This document shows positions 50,378 to 63,630 of a stretch of 64,000 bases of DNA, piece after piece. The translations under genes were made by a program, and so were the position numbers. Each line of letters begins with the position of its first letter. Position 1 is the first letter of the stretch. The notes under the pieces are model-generated. The model was not told the origin of the DNA. It searched no databases and saw nothing but the letters and a program-made list of their open reading frames with translations. Origin of the DNA: Octopus bimaculoides (taxonomy: Eukaryota); contig NC_068994.1 in assembly GCF_001194135.2 (NCBI RefSeq), forward strand, positions 46,945,231 through 47,009,230. The letters are read 5' to 3'.

Positions 50378-51496
50378 NNNNNNNNNNNNNNNNNNNNNNN
50401 NNNNNNNNNNNNNNNNNNNNNNNNNNNNNNNNNNNNNNNNNNNNNNNNNNNNNNNNNNNNNNNNNNNNNNNNNNNNNNNNNNNNNNNNNNNNNNNNNNNN
50501 NNNNNNNNNNNNNNNNNNNNNNNNNNNNNNNNNNNNNNNNNNNNNNNNNNNNNNNNNNNNNNNNNNNNNNNNNNNNNNNNNNNNNNNNNNNNNNNNNNNN
50601 NNNNNNNNNNNNNNNNNNNNNNNNNNNNNNNNNNNNNNNNNNNNNNNNNNNNNNNNNNNNNNNNNNNNNNNNNNNNNNNNNNNNNNNNNNNNNNNNNNNN
50701 NNNNNNNNNNNNNNNNNNNNNNNNNNNNNNNNNNNNNNNNNNNNNNNNNNNNNNNNNNNNNNNNNNNNNNNNNNNNNNNNNNNNNNNNNNNNNNNNNNNN
50801 NNNNNNNNNNNNNNNNNNNNNNNNNNNNNNNNNNNNNNNNNNNNNNNNNNNNNNNNNNNNNNNNNNNNNNNNNNNNNNNNNNNNNNNNNNNNNNNNNNNN
50901 NNNNNNNNNNNNNNNNNNNNNNNNNNNNNNNNNNNNNNNNNNNNNNNNNNNNNNNNNNNNNNNNNNNNNNNNNNNNNNNNNNNNNNNNNNNNNNNNNNNN
51001 NNNNNNNNNNNNNNNNNNNNNNNNNNNNNNNNNNNNNNNNNNNNNNNNNNNNNNNNNNNNNNNNNNNNNNNNNNNNNNNNNNNNNNNNNNNNNNNNNNNN
51101 NNNNNNNNNNNNNNNNNNNNNNNNNNNNNNNNNNNNNNNNNNNNNNNNNNNNNNNNNNNNNNNNNNNNNNNNNNNNNNNNNNNNNNNNNNNNNNNNNNNN
51201 NNNNNNNNNNNNNNNNNNNNNNNNNNNNNNNNNNNNNNNNNNNNNNNNNNNNNNNNNNNNGTCCGATGTAACTGATTTAGCCCCCCTAATCTTGCTAAAG
51301 GGATCATACCATCCTTTCAAAGCCAATCCAATAAAGTACCAATCATGCACTGGGATCAATTTAATAAATTACCCCACCACCACCGCCACCTTTCATCCTT
51401 TCACGGTTGATAAAATAAGTAACACTTGAGCACTGGAGCCAATGTAATTGAAAATTACTGGTCTTGTGCCAAAATAAGAAATGGTTACTATTATTA

Positions 51497-51712
51497 AGGC
51501 GGCAAGCTAGCAGAATTGTTTGCATGTCAGGCGAAATGCTTAACGGTATTTCTTCCATCTCTACAAATTCCATTGAGGTCAACTTTGCCTTCCATCCTTT
51601 CGGGGTCAATAAATTAAGTACCAGTGAAACCCTGGGGTTGGTGTAATCAACTAGTCCTCTCCCCCAAAATTTTAAGCCTTGTAGTTAAAGTAGAAAGGAT
51701 TATCATCATCAT
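51497..51712 (+). mobile_element. SINE family D
   Basis: GGCGGCAAGCTAGCAGAATTG...CCATCCTTTCGGGGTCAATAAATTAAGTACCAG...GTAGAAAGGATTATC. Confidence 0.8.
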
Positions 51713-54700
51713 CGTCATCATCAATTATTCTTTCAACGTTTTCATGCAAGTTTCTACTGCTCCACCAGGTGTCCTGCATGAAGTGTGTGCAGCATTGTTT
51801 TTTTCTTTCTTCTTTTAGAAGTGTCAAATTATAATTGTATTCTATGCTTTGTTGTGAGGTTTGTTTTGTTGTTTCTGGTGTTATTTTAGTATTTCTTTTG
51901 TTATGCATAGTATGAGAGTATGTGCAATGTGAGTTGTGCTATTGTGTTTGGCTGGTGATTGTGTTTCATACGTGCTGTGTGATTTGTTGATATTATGGTG
52001 TTGGATGTCAATTATGTAAGAGCATGGTATTGTTAGAAATGTTGCCAGTCATGGTATTTAGCAAGGGGCTTGTTACTATTTAAAATAATATAAAATTGAG
52101 AAGTGTGTGTGTGTAATAGTCAGTTGTCTAATGCACTTGTCAATGAAAATTGCTCTCTTGATTCAGTGAATTTTGCGACACTTGATGATACTGTAATATT
52201 ACCAACATGGCTATCTGCACCAGTGGGACAAACAAACACAAAAATGCGTTTGTGTTATATCGTTTCTATCATAGGCACAAGGCCTCTAAATTGTAGGGAA
52301 AGAGTTAGGCAATGAAATCAGTTATGTAGAGTATGTGTTGTGTTATGTTGCTGGTTGTGATTCTGTTGAGCATTTGGTGTATGAAGTGTGTTATTTGGTG
52401 AAGTGGTAATTGTATAGGGCATGTGTTGCAAGCAAAGTACCAGTTGAGATGTGCTTTTCAATCAGAAGTTTTTTGTACAAAATCTGGGTTGGGCCTAGCA
52501 GTGATCCTTCTTATATAATATATGTGGAGGTGTGAGCACCTATATGCTTTTTGTTCGTGAGCTTTCTACATCATATTTAGTGATTCAAATATTTTTTTTG
52601 TATTATTTTTCACTTTCATACCCACCAAAACCTTAGTTTAGTTTAATTTTGTGATCTTTGTACTTTGACAGCTTCTCCACCTCGTTCCAGGTGATGTTTT
52701 AATCAGATTAACCTTACCCCAGGCAAGTCCTAAAAATTGTAAATGGTTTATGGCACAAAAGAAACTTGCTAAAATAATATTCAAAGTGGTTTATGTGATT
52801 GGAAATATAATATAATTTTAAAGTGTTCATGGTGCCATAGTGAGGATCTGATCAAAGACTTTGCAATCACAAAAAGTAAAAAAAGAAAACTTTTCAAATA
52901 TAAATAATTTGGAAGTATACAAAAGTAATCATTATTTTCCATCTTGCTGCTAGTTTTGTTTCATTTTGAAAAATTAAAAAAATTATCTTCTGGTTTATTA
53001 TTGTTTATATTTTGAATTATATATATAGGGAAGGGGTGCACCAAAATTTTTTTAGTGCTTAGGGCCTATATGGGTCTTAATCTGGCCCTAGGAATGAAGC
53101 ACACTGTAGCATGTCTCAAAGATTGGGCTAATATCTCTGTTCAAAAAGACAGAGGCTGAAGAGTTTGCTGAGGACAAGGTTCACTGTGCTTTATATGTAT
53201 GTAATCAGGGTAACATTACTGGAGTCTGTGGCCCTGTTGGTCTGGTGCAAGTAAAAGTACTTTCACACTTGTTCGGGAGTATATGGGGCTGAGACTGGAG
53301 TGAAAGGGGATAAATTTGGAGGGGACTTACAATACACCAAATATTTTTAACAATTCTTTAATACAATTCTTTATAATGTTTAATTATAAAGATAATACAA
53401 TGGGATTTTTTAAACAGCGAATGGTTATGACAGTCCACCATAGTAAAATAGGAATCAAAGCAGTCTATAAAAAATGGTTGAGAACCACTGATGTAGGGGA
53501 TGAAACTAATTGATGTAGAGAGTTGATAGTTGATGTGTATTTGTCAGTTTGTTTGTGTGCGTATAATCTTGTTTTTTTTTATATATCTAGGAATCCATCG
53601 TCCAATGTGTTCTTTCTTTTTTTATTTGTGCTTAAGAAGGCAGGTTGTGATTTGAGGAAGATCAGTCTGTTATCTCTAGTAGGTTGAGCTGACTCCAGTA
53701 CATTTCACTATTGTGAGGTATTACTACCTGCAGTGTATGTGTCACTGTGTGTTTGTGTGTGTGTGTATTTTGTGGCATGTGTATGTGCTGTGTTTGTGTT
53801 ACTGTGTGTGCATGCGTGTGCCTGTGTGTATCTTGTGGCATGTGTATGTGCAGTGTTGTGCCATTTTATGTGTGTTTGTGTGTGTAGTCTGCATGTATTT
53901 ATACAATACCTCTGTTGTCGTGTTTTCAGTGTGTGTGTGTGAAAGAAAGAGAGGTGGGGGCCATTACATTTCCTCTTCGCTGTTGGATTTGTCCCATTGT
54001 ATCTAAATAGTTGTCTAATGTTGATAGTTGTGTACTCTAAGGATGACACCCTCGGGTTAAAGGTCAACTGTTAAATGCTTCATGCACTCAGAACACATCC
54101 TGCATGTATAGAAGAAGGCTTGTGTCTGTAGGTGTCTGTGTGAGAATGTGTGTGCGTATGTGCATAGGTCTTCTTGAAATGTAATTTAGATGTCTCCAAA
54201 ACCCTGTTGACCCCACAATGGCATCCCCACATGAGTGTCTCCCCCCACTCTCACCCCCGCCCACTGAATATGTTTCCTCATAACTTCCAGAAAAATGGAT
54301 ATTTTTTCATGAAAATTTCGTACGGGTACACTTCAGATGTGTAGATTACAATTATATTGGATCTTGTGGTGAAATACTTTTTCCAAGGGTCAGGTAAGGA
54401 GTTTCAGGAAATTCACACAAGTCCTCATAACTTTCAGAAAAAATGGGTAATTTTTTATGAAATTTTCTGAGAATACCTTTATACTGGAATTTAATATGAA
54501 AAAAAAAAAAAAAAAAAAGATAAAAATATTTGGTGGGCTCATACACATAAAGGCTTTTTAGGGGGTTGATGCTCAGCTGCAATTTCATTGAAAAATATTT
54601 TTTCCTATAAGCTATTTAATCCAAGGTCACCCTTGATCTAGGAGATCAATAATAAAAGGATTGTTTTGGTAGTGATATCCATGTTTTAGGTTGTTTTTTT

Positions 54701-55193
54701 TTTCTTCTTCCAAATATAGTATATGTAGAACAAAATTACTCAATATATCCTTCCTCTTTTGATAAGATTCTGGTATGTAGAAAGAGATTTATCTGCTATT
54801 CGTAGCAGATCGTAAGAACCACATAGGGACTATCTCATGGCCTTGCTTTTATCCCTGCCTAATAAGTTAAAGGAGGATGAGGGGCATTACTTGTGTCCTT
54901 TGTTGACCCTTCTAAACTTGGAAAATTGATATAGTTAATGACCTGTCTGTATCTTTTTTCAGTCATAAGACTGCAGTCGTGACTGTATATTTTCTGAATG
55001 TCCATTATAGGGTAGGTGTGAGAGGCCAAATCTGGCCAGTTTGAACATAAAACAAGTAGAATATTTTGGCCAAATCTGGCCAGTTTGAACATAAAACAGG
55101 TAGAATATTTTGGCCAAATCTGGCCAGTTTGAACATAAAATAGGTAGAATATTTTGACCAGATATGACCAGTTGAAATGCTAAAGGATTAAAC

Positions 55194-55582
55194 CAGTGTT
55201 TCTCAACCATTTTAAAGAATTACGGATCCCTTTGATTACTAGAATTACGGACCCCTTTGATTACTATTTTATTCTGATGGACCCCCATAACCATTCGATG
55301 TTTAAAAACTAGTTTTATAGAAACTTCCTTCAAAATTCATATTTTGTTTTCCACACATGAACTTATGTAGGTTGGATTATGTAAAATGTTCGAGAAAGAA
55401 AACCTAGTTGTTTCTTGCAATACATACATCGAAAGCAAAATTTTTTCAGGGATCTTTAAAATACTATTGTGGATCTCCAGTTTACTATTTTGTTACTTTG
55501 ACCCCCAAAAATCTTATTTGGACCCCGATTTTGTTACTTTGACCGCCAAAAATCTTACTGGGACCCCAGTTGAGAACCATTG
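55194..55582. mobile_element. hAT-like MITE inserted at the end of a family E MITE
   Basis: TIRs CAGTGTTTCTCAAC ... GTTGAGAACCATTG; imperfect 8-bp flanks GATTAAAC/GGTTAAAG consistent with a hAT TSD. Confidence 0.8.
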
Positions 55583-55674
55583 GGTTAAAGAAGCCACTAT
55601 GTTGCAGATGTAGAATTAGCAATAACACTACTAATTAAACTAACTTAACCACTTTTTTTTTTTTTCTCTTTTAG

Positions 55675-55704
55675 AAATTCTACAGAAATGACCATAATTG
55701 GAAA
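55675..55704 (+). CDS. Candidate 30-nt frame-preserving exon (KFYRNDHNWK, or NSTEMTIIG in another phase)
   Basis: Branch-like AACTAACTTAAC, long pyrimidine tract (T13 CTCTTTT) ending TTTAG|, donor AAA|GTGAGT. Confidence 0.55.
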
Positions 55705-56361
55705 GTGAGTGACTGAGAGTTTTGAGAAAAACAGCAGAGACCATGAAAATATTTATTGGCCTAGGAGGGACTATACAATGACAATAATTTGTGAAAGAAG
55801 TCTCCATCTGGGCCACAATTTAACGGTATTTTAATACAAGTAAGTGTAGAGTTTTGCGTGTCTTTTCAATTTTATTCCTTTTGTCTGTTGAAATACGCTA
55901 CCTTTGGTTTAATTGATTTTGAAAATAATGAAGAATTTAGTAAAATAACTTTCTCCTTATTAAGCTGGTGTTTCATGCAATCCTCATCATTATCATCATC
56001 ATCATCATCATTATTTTAATGTCCACTTTTCCATGTTTGCATGAGTCGGACAGAGTTTATTGAGCCAGATTTTCTATGGCCAGATACCCTTGTCACCTCT
56101 TTCATACGTGTGTGTGTGTGCATGTATACATATATATTTATGTGTATATATTTTACATCTGGGTTTCAAATTTTGGCACTAGGCCAGCAATTACTTCAAT
56201 CCCATTTTGTCAACCCCAAAAGGATTGAAAGGCAAAATGAACCTTGGTGGGATTTGAACTGGGAATGTTGAAGACAGACTAAATGCTTTTGAGTATTTTG
56301 TCACAGCATGCTAACAATTCTGCCAGCTCACTATCTTGTGTATTTTCTATATTAATGTGAG

Positions 56362-56407
<46 letters not shown>

Positions 56408-57032
56408 ACACACTCTCATTATTTACATATATTCTGGCAGCTGCCAGTGTTGGTTTTGACGATCCGATAATGAATAATGATAGCTTTTGAGAGATGATGA
56501 GCAAGGAGGGAAGAAGGTTGTGGGTGGGTCTGAAAACCGTGACCATTATTATTAATTCTGTGTTCCAATCTAGGTCTATCTCACTCTTCCATCTTTTTAG
56601 ATTCTCAATGATTGCTGTGTTTAGTTTGTGTTTTTTTTTTTTGGATTTTTTTTTTTCTTGTGTGTATTTTTACAAACCATCACCCCAACAATGAAAACAA
56701 TAAAAACACTAACTTTTTTTTTCCTGTTCTATTTGACAATAATTTTTTCTTCTTTGTTTGACACCACTACCACTACCACCATCACAACAACAGTAATTCT
56801 TTCTTTTTTTTTTTTTTCTCTCTCTGTTTGACAACCACAACTACCAGCACCACTACCATCCCCATTACCATCACAATTGATACAACACTAGTTCTTGTTC
56901 CCCACCTCCTCCAAATGACAACAATCACACCACCACAACAACCATCACCTCTACATAAACCACCACCACCACCACCCCATCAACAATATCACTAATTATA
57001 TATATACTCACACACACATATTACATACACAT

Positions 57033-57074
<42 letters not shown>

Positions 57075-58553
57075 TACATACATATATACACGCACGCACA
57101 CACACATACACACACACACAACCCATATTTACCTACGTTTCACAACTACCAGCAACCGTAGTATTTATTCTTTTCTTTCTATGTGTGCGTGTGAGTGAGC
57201 ATAAGTCTGTCTGTCTGTCTATCTCCCCCCCACTCTCTCACTCTCTCTTTCTCTCCTTCCCCGTCCCTCCTCCTCATCTCCCTTCTAGCTTTATTGAATT
57301 AAAACTAATTCATTACCATAATCAAATTGTTGCTTAATTAGCTCTTAATTTGATATTTACATTTCTACAACTTGTCTTCATGGCAACCATCAGAGAGACA
57401 GAGAGAGGGGGGGGAACAGACAGACAGACAGACAGTCAGACAGTTGAGTCATGAAGATACTTTAATCTTTTAATTTAGTATATTGTTCCTTGTTTCCTTG
57501 TTTGGTCTCAGCCTTTTTCTTTCTTTCTTTTTTTTTTTGTTAATGAGGCTTGTTAATTTAAGACATGTGTGCTATATAGTTTTACAATTTTTTCACCCCC
57601 CCCCCCCCCCCCTTTTTAATCTGATTGCACGGTATTACTGTTGTTGTTGTTGTTGTTGTTGTCGTCATTATCACTATCCTTTGCCATTTAGCAACAGAGC
57701 TTAACATACAAATGCAATTTTAACTCTATTGTATTTATGTTATGTAACCCCAGGCCAGGTCTGATAAAACAGGCCAGCGATCAAAATGACCAAAGGGTTT
57801 TTCCAGCTATGACTCTTATTTTATTTATTTATTTATTTATTTATAGTCTTGGCGTATTTAAGATAGCATTATTTAACCCTTTAGTGTTCAGATTATTCTA
57901 TCAAAGATAATGCTTATTGATTCACATTGATTTGAATTAATCATGCATTATCTTCAAGATCTTGATGGTGTAATTACTCCCCTGTTCTCAACACTGAGCT
58001 GTCTTTTTCTCTACCAGGACTTGTTGGTTTTGAATTGTCCCCAATGGTTCTATAACTTACCCTTTTTTTTTTTTTCGAGGTAGGTGTGTTGATCCTACAC
58101 AATCTCATTTTTACCTCTGGGGAAAAAGTGGTCCATATTAGTCTGGCCTCTATCCTTACAAGGAGATTGCACTCTGCCAGCATAGCTCTCAGGGTCATTG
58201 AGTTATACAAACCACCATTGCTGCAAAATGACTGAATCTTGTGGTGGCAAAGTGAATTGGTTCAGTTGATAAAGTTTGCCAATTCATGAATTGTGCGTTC
58301 ATACCTGCAGCAAATGATTTTAGTTTTTTTGGAACTTTTTTTTTTTGTTTCATGTTACTTTTTTTTTGTATCCATGAGCAATTTCCTTTCACTCAATCAG
58401 TTCAATCTTATATGGTCTCAATTCATAGAAGCCTTTCTGAGAAAAGCTAATCACAAGGCCTCCTGAGTTCTGAGGAGGTCAGTAGGGTTGATGAAATTGG
58501 AAACATTCAGAAAACAAAAACAAAAATGTATTTGACTAGATGCTTATGTAACT

Positions 58554-58595
<42 letters not shown>

Positions 58596-58689
58596 CACAC
58601 GTACATATATATTTGACTAGATGCTTATGTAACTCCACACACACACACACAACACACACATACATATATACATATGCATGCATACACAT

Positions 58690-58935
58690 ATTTTACATCA
58701 TTTATTCCACTTGTTGCATTGTCTGTCATTTCCTTCATAAAGTTCAGCATTTTAAGATCATGCTTTCCTTGGGTTTCTTCTTATGCAGATTCACTTGGAA
58801 CATTTTTACCCCAAAGTCATCCTCTACACATCACATGTCCATATTACTCAGTCTTCTCTTGTGTACATTACATTTGATTCTTCTTCTATTTAGTTTTTCT
58901 CCAGAGCCTATTTGTGCTCTATTGTCCGTGCACAC
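58690..58935 (-). mobile_element. Highly decayed RTE ORF2 C-terminal fragment
   Basis: Reverse strand parallels the RRL.WYGHVM...GRPRKTW region of the copy at 59130-59640. Confidence 0.55.
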
Positions 58936-59129
58936 TAATATTCTTTTCTACTCTAGGCACAAGGCCCGAAATTTTTGGGGGAGGGGGCCAGTCGATTAGA
59001 ACGACCCCAGTATGCAACTGGTACTTAATTTATTGACCCCAAAAGGATTAAAGGCAAAGTTGACGTTGGTGGAATTTGAACTCAGAATGTAAAGACAGAT
59101 GAAATGGGCGGCACACACAGCATTTCTAG

Positions 59130-59640
59130 AACTCTATTTTGCTGACATGGGTGGTTCTTCTCAAGAACCTCATATCACCAGACTTCTCGGTCCATTGTTA
59201 TTTCCTCTGTGAGGTCCAACGTCCTCAGATTGGTCCTTACCACTTCATCCCATGTCTTCCTGGGTCTTCCTCTTCCATTGGTACCATCGACTTTCCATGA
59301 TTGGCACTTCTTTATGCAGCTGTCTTCATTCATACACATCACACGTCCAAACCAACATAGTCTTCTCCCTTCCATGCTGCATTTGATTCCTTTTTCCGCC
59401 CAACTTTTCTCTCAATACATTTGCACTTTGTCATACAAGCATACTGATGTTGCACATCCAACAAAGCATACTGCCTTCATTTCTCTCCAGTCTATATATG
59501 TCTTCTGCGTAATTGTCAGCCCAGGAAGAGAGCATCAGTGGTACTGTATCCTGGCACAAACCCAAACTGCATCTCATCTAAGCTAATTATCTTCCTAATT
59601 AGTTTTGGTATAACTTGTTCTGTTACTTTTATAACTCATT
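59130..59640 (-). mobile_element. RTE LINE fragment with internal deletion
   Basis: Minus strand ..ISLDEMQFGFVPGYSTTDALFL joins almost directly to ..AEDIYRLERNEGSM..RRLCWFGRVMCMNEDSCIKKC..GRGRPRKTWDEVV. Confidence 0.85.
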
Positions 59641-59729
59641 CCATTAAAATAAATGAAAGAAGTTATTTCAAAATTCTGATGACTTTTTTTTTTTCAATAT
59701 ATATATATGTGTGTGTGTGTGTGAGTGTA

Positions 59730-59770
<41 letters not shown>

Positions 59771-59883
59771 GAAGACCAAGAAGAAATCTTGCTAAACAAA
59801 ATATTTTATCAAGCTACCGCTTGAAATCACCTAAAAAGACACATCTACACTGAGAGATACACCTAAACCAGATGTTAAGAATC

Positions 59884-59930
59884 TCACCCATGAGGGATTG
59901 ACGCTAGATGGTTTGAAACAATTGTAGTGA
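59884..59930 (+). ncRNA. Degenerate hammerhead-like relic (probable Penelope pseudo-LTR)
   Basis: TCAC-CCATGA-GGGATT..GGTTT-GAAAC-AATT-GTA-GTGA followed by AATAAA. Stem I, palindromic stem III and a GUA site are present; the core box is damaged. Confidence 0.35.
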
Positions 59931-60951
59931 TCAATAAAGAATCTCGTATCTTCCATCTTCTGTCCCTCTCATTAGTTAAATATGTATGCCATGCCTCTAT
60001 ATAGTTTCTGTCTAGAAAAATTTCCACATGTTGATCAATCTGAGACTACCACAGATGTGATTGAACCCGGAACCACATGGTTGGAAAACAAACTTCTTAA
60101 CCACATGACTTACGTATTTTTTTCTTCTTTTTTTTTGTGGTTTATTGCATTATCGCTTTTTAAAAAATGTTTGTGTCCCTTCAACACTTACTGTGACCCA
60201 CCCCTACCCCACTCCACTCCACACCACCACCATCACCACTGCATCGTGTTGTTGTTGTTTCTGTGATGTCATCCCCCACCCGACTTCATCCCACCCTACT
60301 CGCACCCACCTCGCCCCACCCTTATCCACCACCTCTCTTTTTTAGTAGAAAAAGAAAAGAAAAACATTATCATTATCATAAATCCATTTAATATGGAATA
60401 CAAAGGAAACAATCTTTTTCATGTCTCCCCCACCTCTGCCTGCCGCCAGACCACCCCACCCCGTAATTTTTACCCTCCCTAATTTATTAATCATTGAACA
60501 ATAGAACAGTTACCTTGGCACCACTGCCACCGTCATTACACCCCCCATTCTCCCCCCTCTCTCTCTTTGCCATGAAGCCATTTAGAAAGTTCTTTTTGTT
60601 GTGTTTATTAAGACTTAGGTGATATTATAACTAAATAATAGTTCGTCGTTATTCATCATCAACATCACCACCACCCGATCTGCTTATGCATAATGTATAT
60701 TTTGTTGTCATAGTATGTTACTTTCTGGTTTTGTTTCGTTATATTTAGAAAAAAAAGAAAAAGAAAAAGAGTAAATGGTAAATATAATTGTTTGTGTGTG
60801 TGTGTGTATCTGTGCACATATGCACTTGTTTGTGTGCATGTCTGTGTGTTTGTGTTTTAGTAAAAGAGAAAGAATAATGGCATAATTTCTATCGAAACAC
60901 TCGCAAGCACATTACACAGATAACATATACACATACATACATACATATATA

Positions 60952-60996
<45 letters not shown>

Positions 60997-61686
60997 AAGA
61001 TGAGTATGTGTATGCAAACAAGTGTGTCTATACATGTGTGGGTGCGTTGTTTGTACATTTTTATTTATATATTCTTGCAGCTACGGGTATACATCAGTAC
61101 ATACAATGTATGTGTGTCTATACACACATACACATACACATGCACATGTATGCCAGTATATAGTTATGTGAGATAAGTATGTGTAAATATAAATGTTAAC
61201 AACAAATGTGTGTGTGTGAGTGTGTGTGTGTGTTTCTACATGTGTGTATGGTGTTAGTTCATTTCGCTGATGGCAGTTGATACAGAGCCTGAAACTTCTA
61301 AGGACTGAGAAACCATTTCTGCATGAAATATTCATTCTGTGAATCTTCACAGATCTACTTGTATGTATATGTATGTATGTATGTATGTATGTATATACAT
61401 ATTGTATGTATATGTATATAAAAGCTCTATTGTACTTTTATATACATATGGAATATATTATGCATTATGCTACTCTTTATCAACAGGTGAGCACTGCCTG
61501 TACCTTGGCATGCTGCGATGTGGATTGTGTTTAGTATGAGAAATGACTCGATATTTAATACACATTAAATACCTCCAAAGGTTTCTTAGTTTTTAAGTTT
61601 TCCATAAAATATAATATACCAGTCAGTAGAAATGTAAAAATTTGAATGTTTAACTCTCAAACACTTTCACATCACAAGGGAGGTCA

Positions 61687-61731
<45 letters not shown>

Positions 61732-62264
61732 ATATGTATATATATATCGTTGCTATTATGCAGAAATGTCGTAAGTCCAAAACATTGCTTTATCAGAAAA
61801 TGAAAAAATAGTTTAACCATTCCATTTCTTTTTACATTAGCAACAATTTCAGCTTAACAATANNNNNNNNNNNNNNNNNNNNNNNNNNNNNNNNNNNNNN
61901 NNNNNNNNNNNNNNNNNNNNNNNNNNNNNNNNNNNNNNNNNNNNNNNNNNNNNNNNNNNNNNNNNNNNNNNNNNNNNNNNNNNNNNNNNNNNNNNNNNNN
62001 NNNNNNNNNNNNNNNNNNNNNNNNNNNNNNNNNNNNNNNNNNNNNNNNNNNNNNNNNNNNNNNNNNNNNNNNNNNNNNNNNNNNNNNNNNNNNNNNNNNN
62101 NNNNNNNNNNNNNNNNNNNNNNNNNNNNNNNNNNNNNNNNNNNNNNNNNNNNNNNNNNNNNNNNNNNNNNNNNNNNNNNNNNNNNNNNNNNNNNATATAT
62201 ATATATATTCAACACTCTGGATATATAAATCACACATGTACCTTCTGAATAATTTAGGAAATCA

Positions 62265-62470
62265 TCATCATCATTATCATTAAACATTCATTTTCCATAT
62301 GGTTGGAGAGTTTGAACAGGAGCTGGCAAGCCAGAAGATTGCACCAAATGTCTGTTTTTGGCATGGTTTCTACAGCTGGATGCCCTTCCTAATGCCAACC
62401 ACTTTACAGAGTGGACTGGGTGCTTTTTACTTGGGAGCAGCATGGGTGCCTTAAGGTGGCACCAGCACAG
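62265..62470 (-). mobile_element. Family C element, diverged
   Basis: (CAT)n ... TTTCTACAGCTGGATGCCCTTCCTAATGCCAACC. Confidence 0.7.
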
Positions 62471-62657
62471 GTGTTTTTCATTTCAGCACAGAAATAATGA
62501 AGTAATGTTTATCTCCACATCAATATGGCTGTTCAACACTACGACTATTTTTAACCCCAGGAAAAGCCTCCTCCAGTTTGTTATCTTTGCAATCTGCATC
62601 CGGTAGATACTGCAATCAGGGGATCGAACCCCTACCATCTTCAAGCAGATGACAGGA

Positions 62658-62706
62658 TCACCAGACTGAATGGTTTGGGGCTATTTGTGCCCATCTTCAG
62701 TGGTGA
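62658..62706 (-). ncRNA. Minimal hammerhead ribozyme motif with one core mutation
   Basis: Minus strand TCACCA-CTGAAGA-T-GGGC(ACAAATA)GCCC-CAAA-C(CATTCA)GTC-TGGTGA: 6-bp stem I, 4-bp stem II, GUC cleavage triplet, and GAAA mutated to CAAA. Confidence 0.6.
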
Positions 62707-62739
62707 ACACCCAGCTGCTAGAGAGAGCAGGAATTCGCG

Positions 62740-62920
62740 CACACACACACATGCAATGGGCTTCTTTCAATTTCTGTCTTCCAAATCCACTTACAAAGCT
62801 TTGATCAGCCCAAGGCTAGAATAGAAGGCACTTACCCAGGCTGTCACACAGTGGGACTGAGCCTGGAATCATATGGTTGGGAAGCAAACTTCTTACCACA
62901 CAGCCATTCCTGTGCCTATC
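62740..62920 (-). mobile_element. SINE family A, 5' half
   Basis: ATGGGCTTCTTTCAATTTC...CAGTGGGACTGAGCC...CTTCTTACCACACAGCC. Confidence 0.8.
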
Positions 62921-63394
62921 CAATGTTCATTACATATTCATAGTTTAGAATATTTGCTTCAAGTTTTTAAAGGAAAGTTTTACAAAATACCCGAAACCAG
63001 TTAAGCATTTGAATGTTTGCCTTTCGTACATTTTCAAACCACTAAGGAGGTCACGGTAATACACAAATAAACAGGCGAGCTGTATAAATCATGTGCATAC
63101 ATCTGAATAATTAAGAAATAATGGTCATAATTAAAATATGAATTAATTATTAATTATTACTATTATTACTGTTTCTATAATGAAATTAATGTTATTTGAA
63201 TTTTTTTTTTTTTTTATTTATAATAAAGCCATAAGTTTTTCCATTTTCAAATTTGATTTACAGTCTGTTAAGGAGGTGGAGTTTTACAGTGAAATGATTT
63301 ATAAAGAAATAATCATTCTGTTAATTTTATTGTCTGAATATTCATCTTGTTTACATAAAGTGTAACAACTGGTTTAGTTGGAACAAATTGAACT

Positions 63395-63630
63395 CAGCAC
63401 TTTTTAAAAAAAATCTGGTATTCTTCTGTCAGTATCTTTTGCCAAATTGCTAAATTATGGGGGCATAATCAAAGACACACACAAACACACACAAGAGGCT
63501 TCTGTATAATTTCTGTCTACCAAATTCACTCACAAGGTAATTGGTTGACCCAGAGCTATAGAAGAAGACATTTACTCAAGATACAACACTATGGGACTGA
63601 ACTTTAACCACGCAGCCATGCTTGTGCCGA
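63395..63630 (-). mobile_element. SINE family A, diverged
   Basis: CTGTCTACCAAATTCACTCACAAGG...GAAGAAGACATTT...GGGACTGAAC...CCACGCAGCCATGC. Confidence 0.7.
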
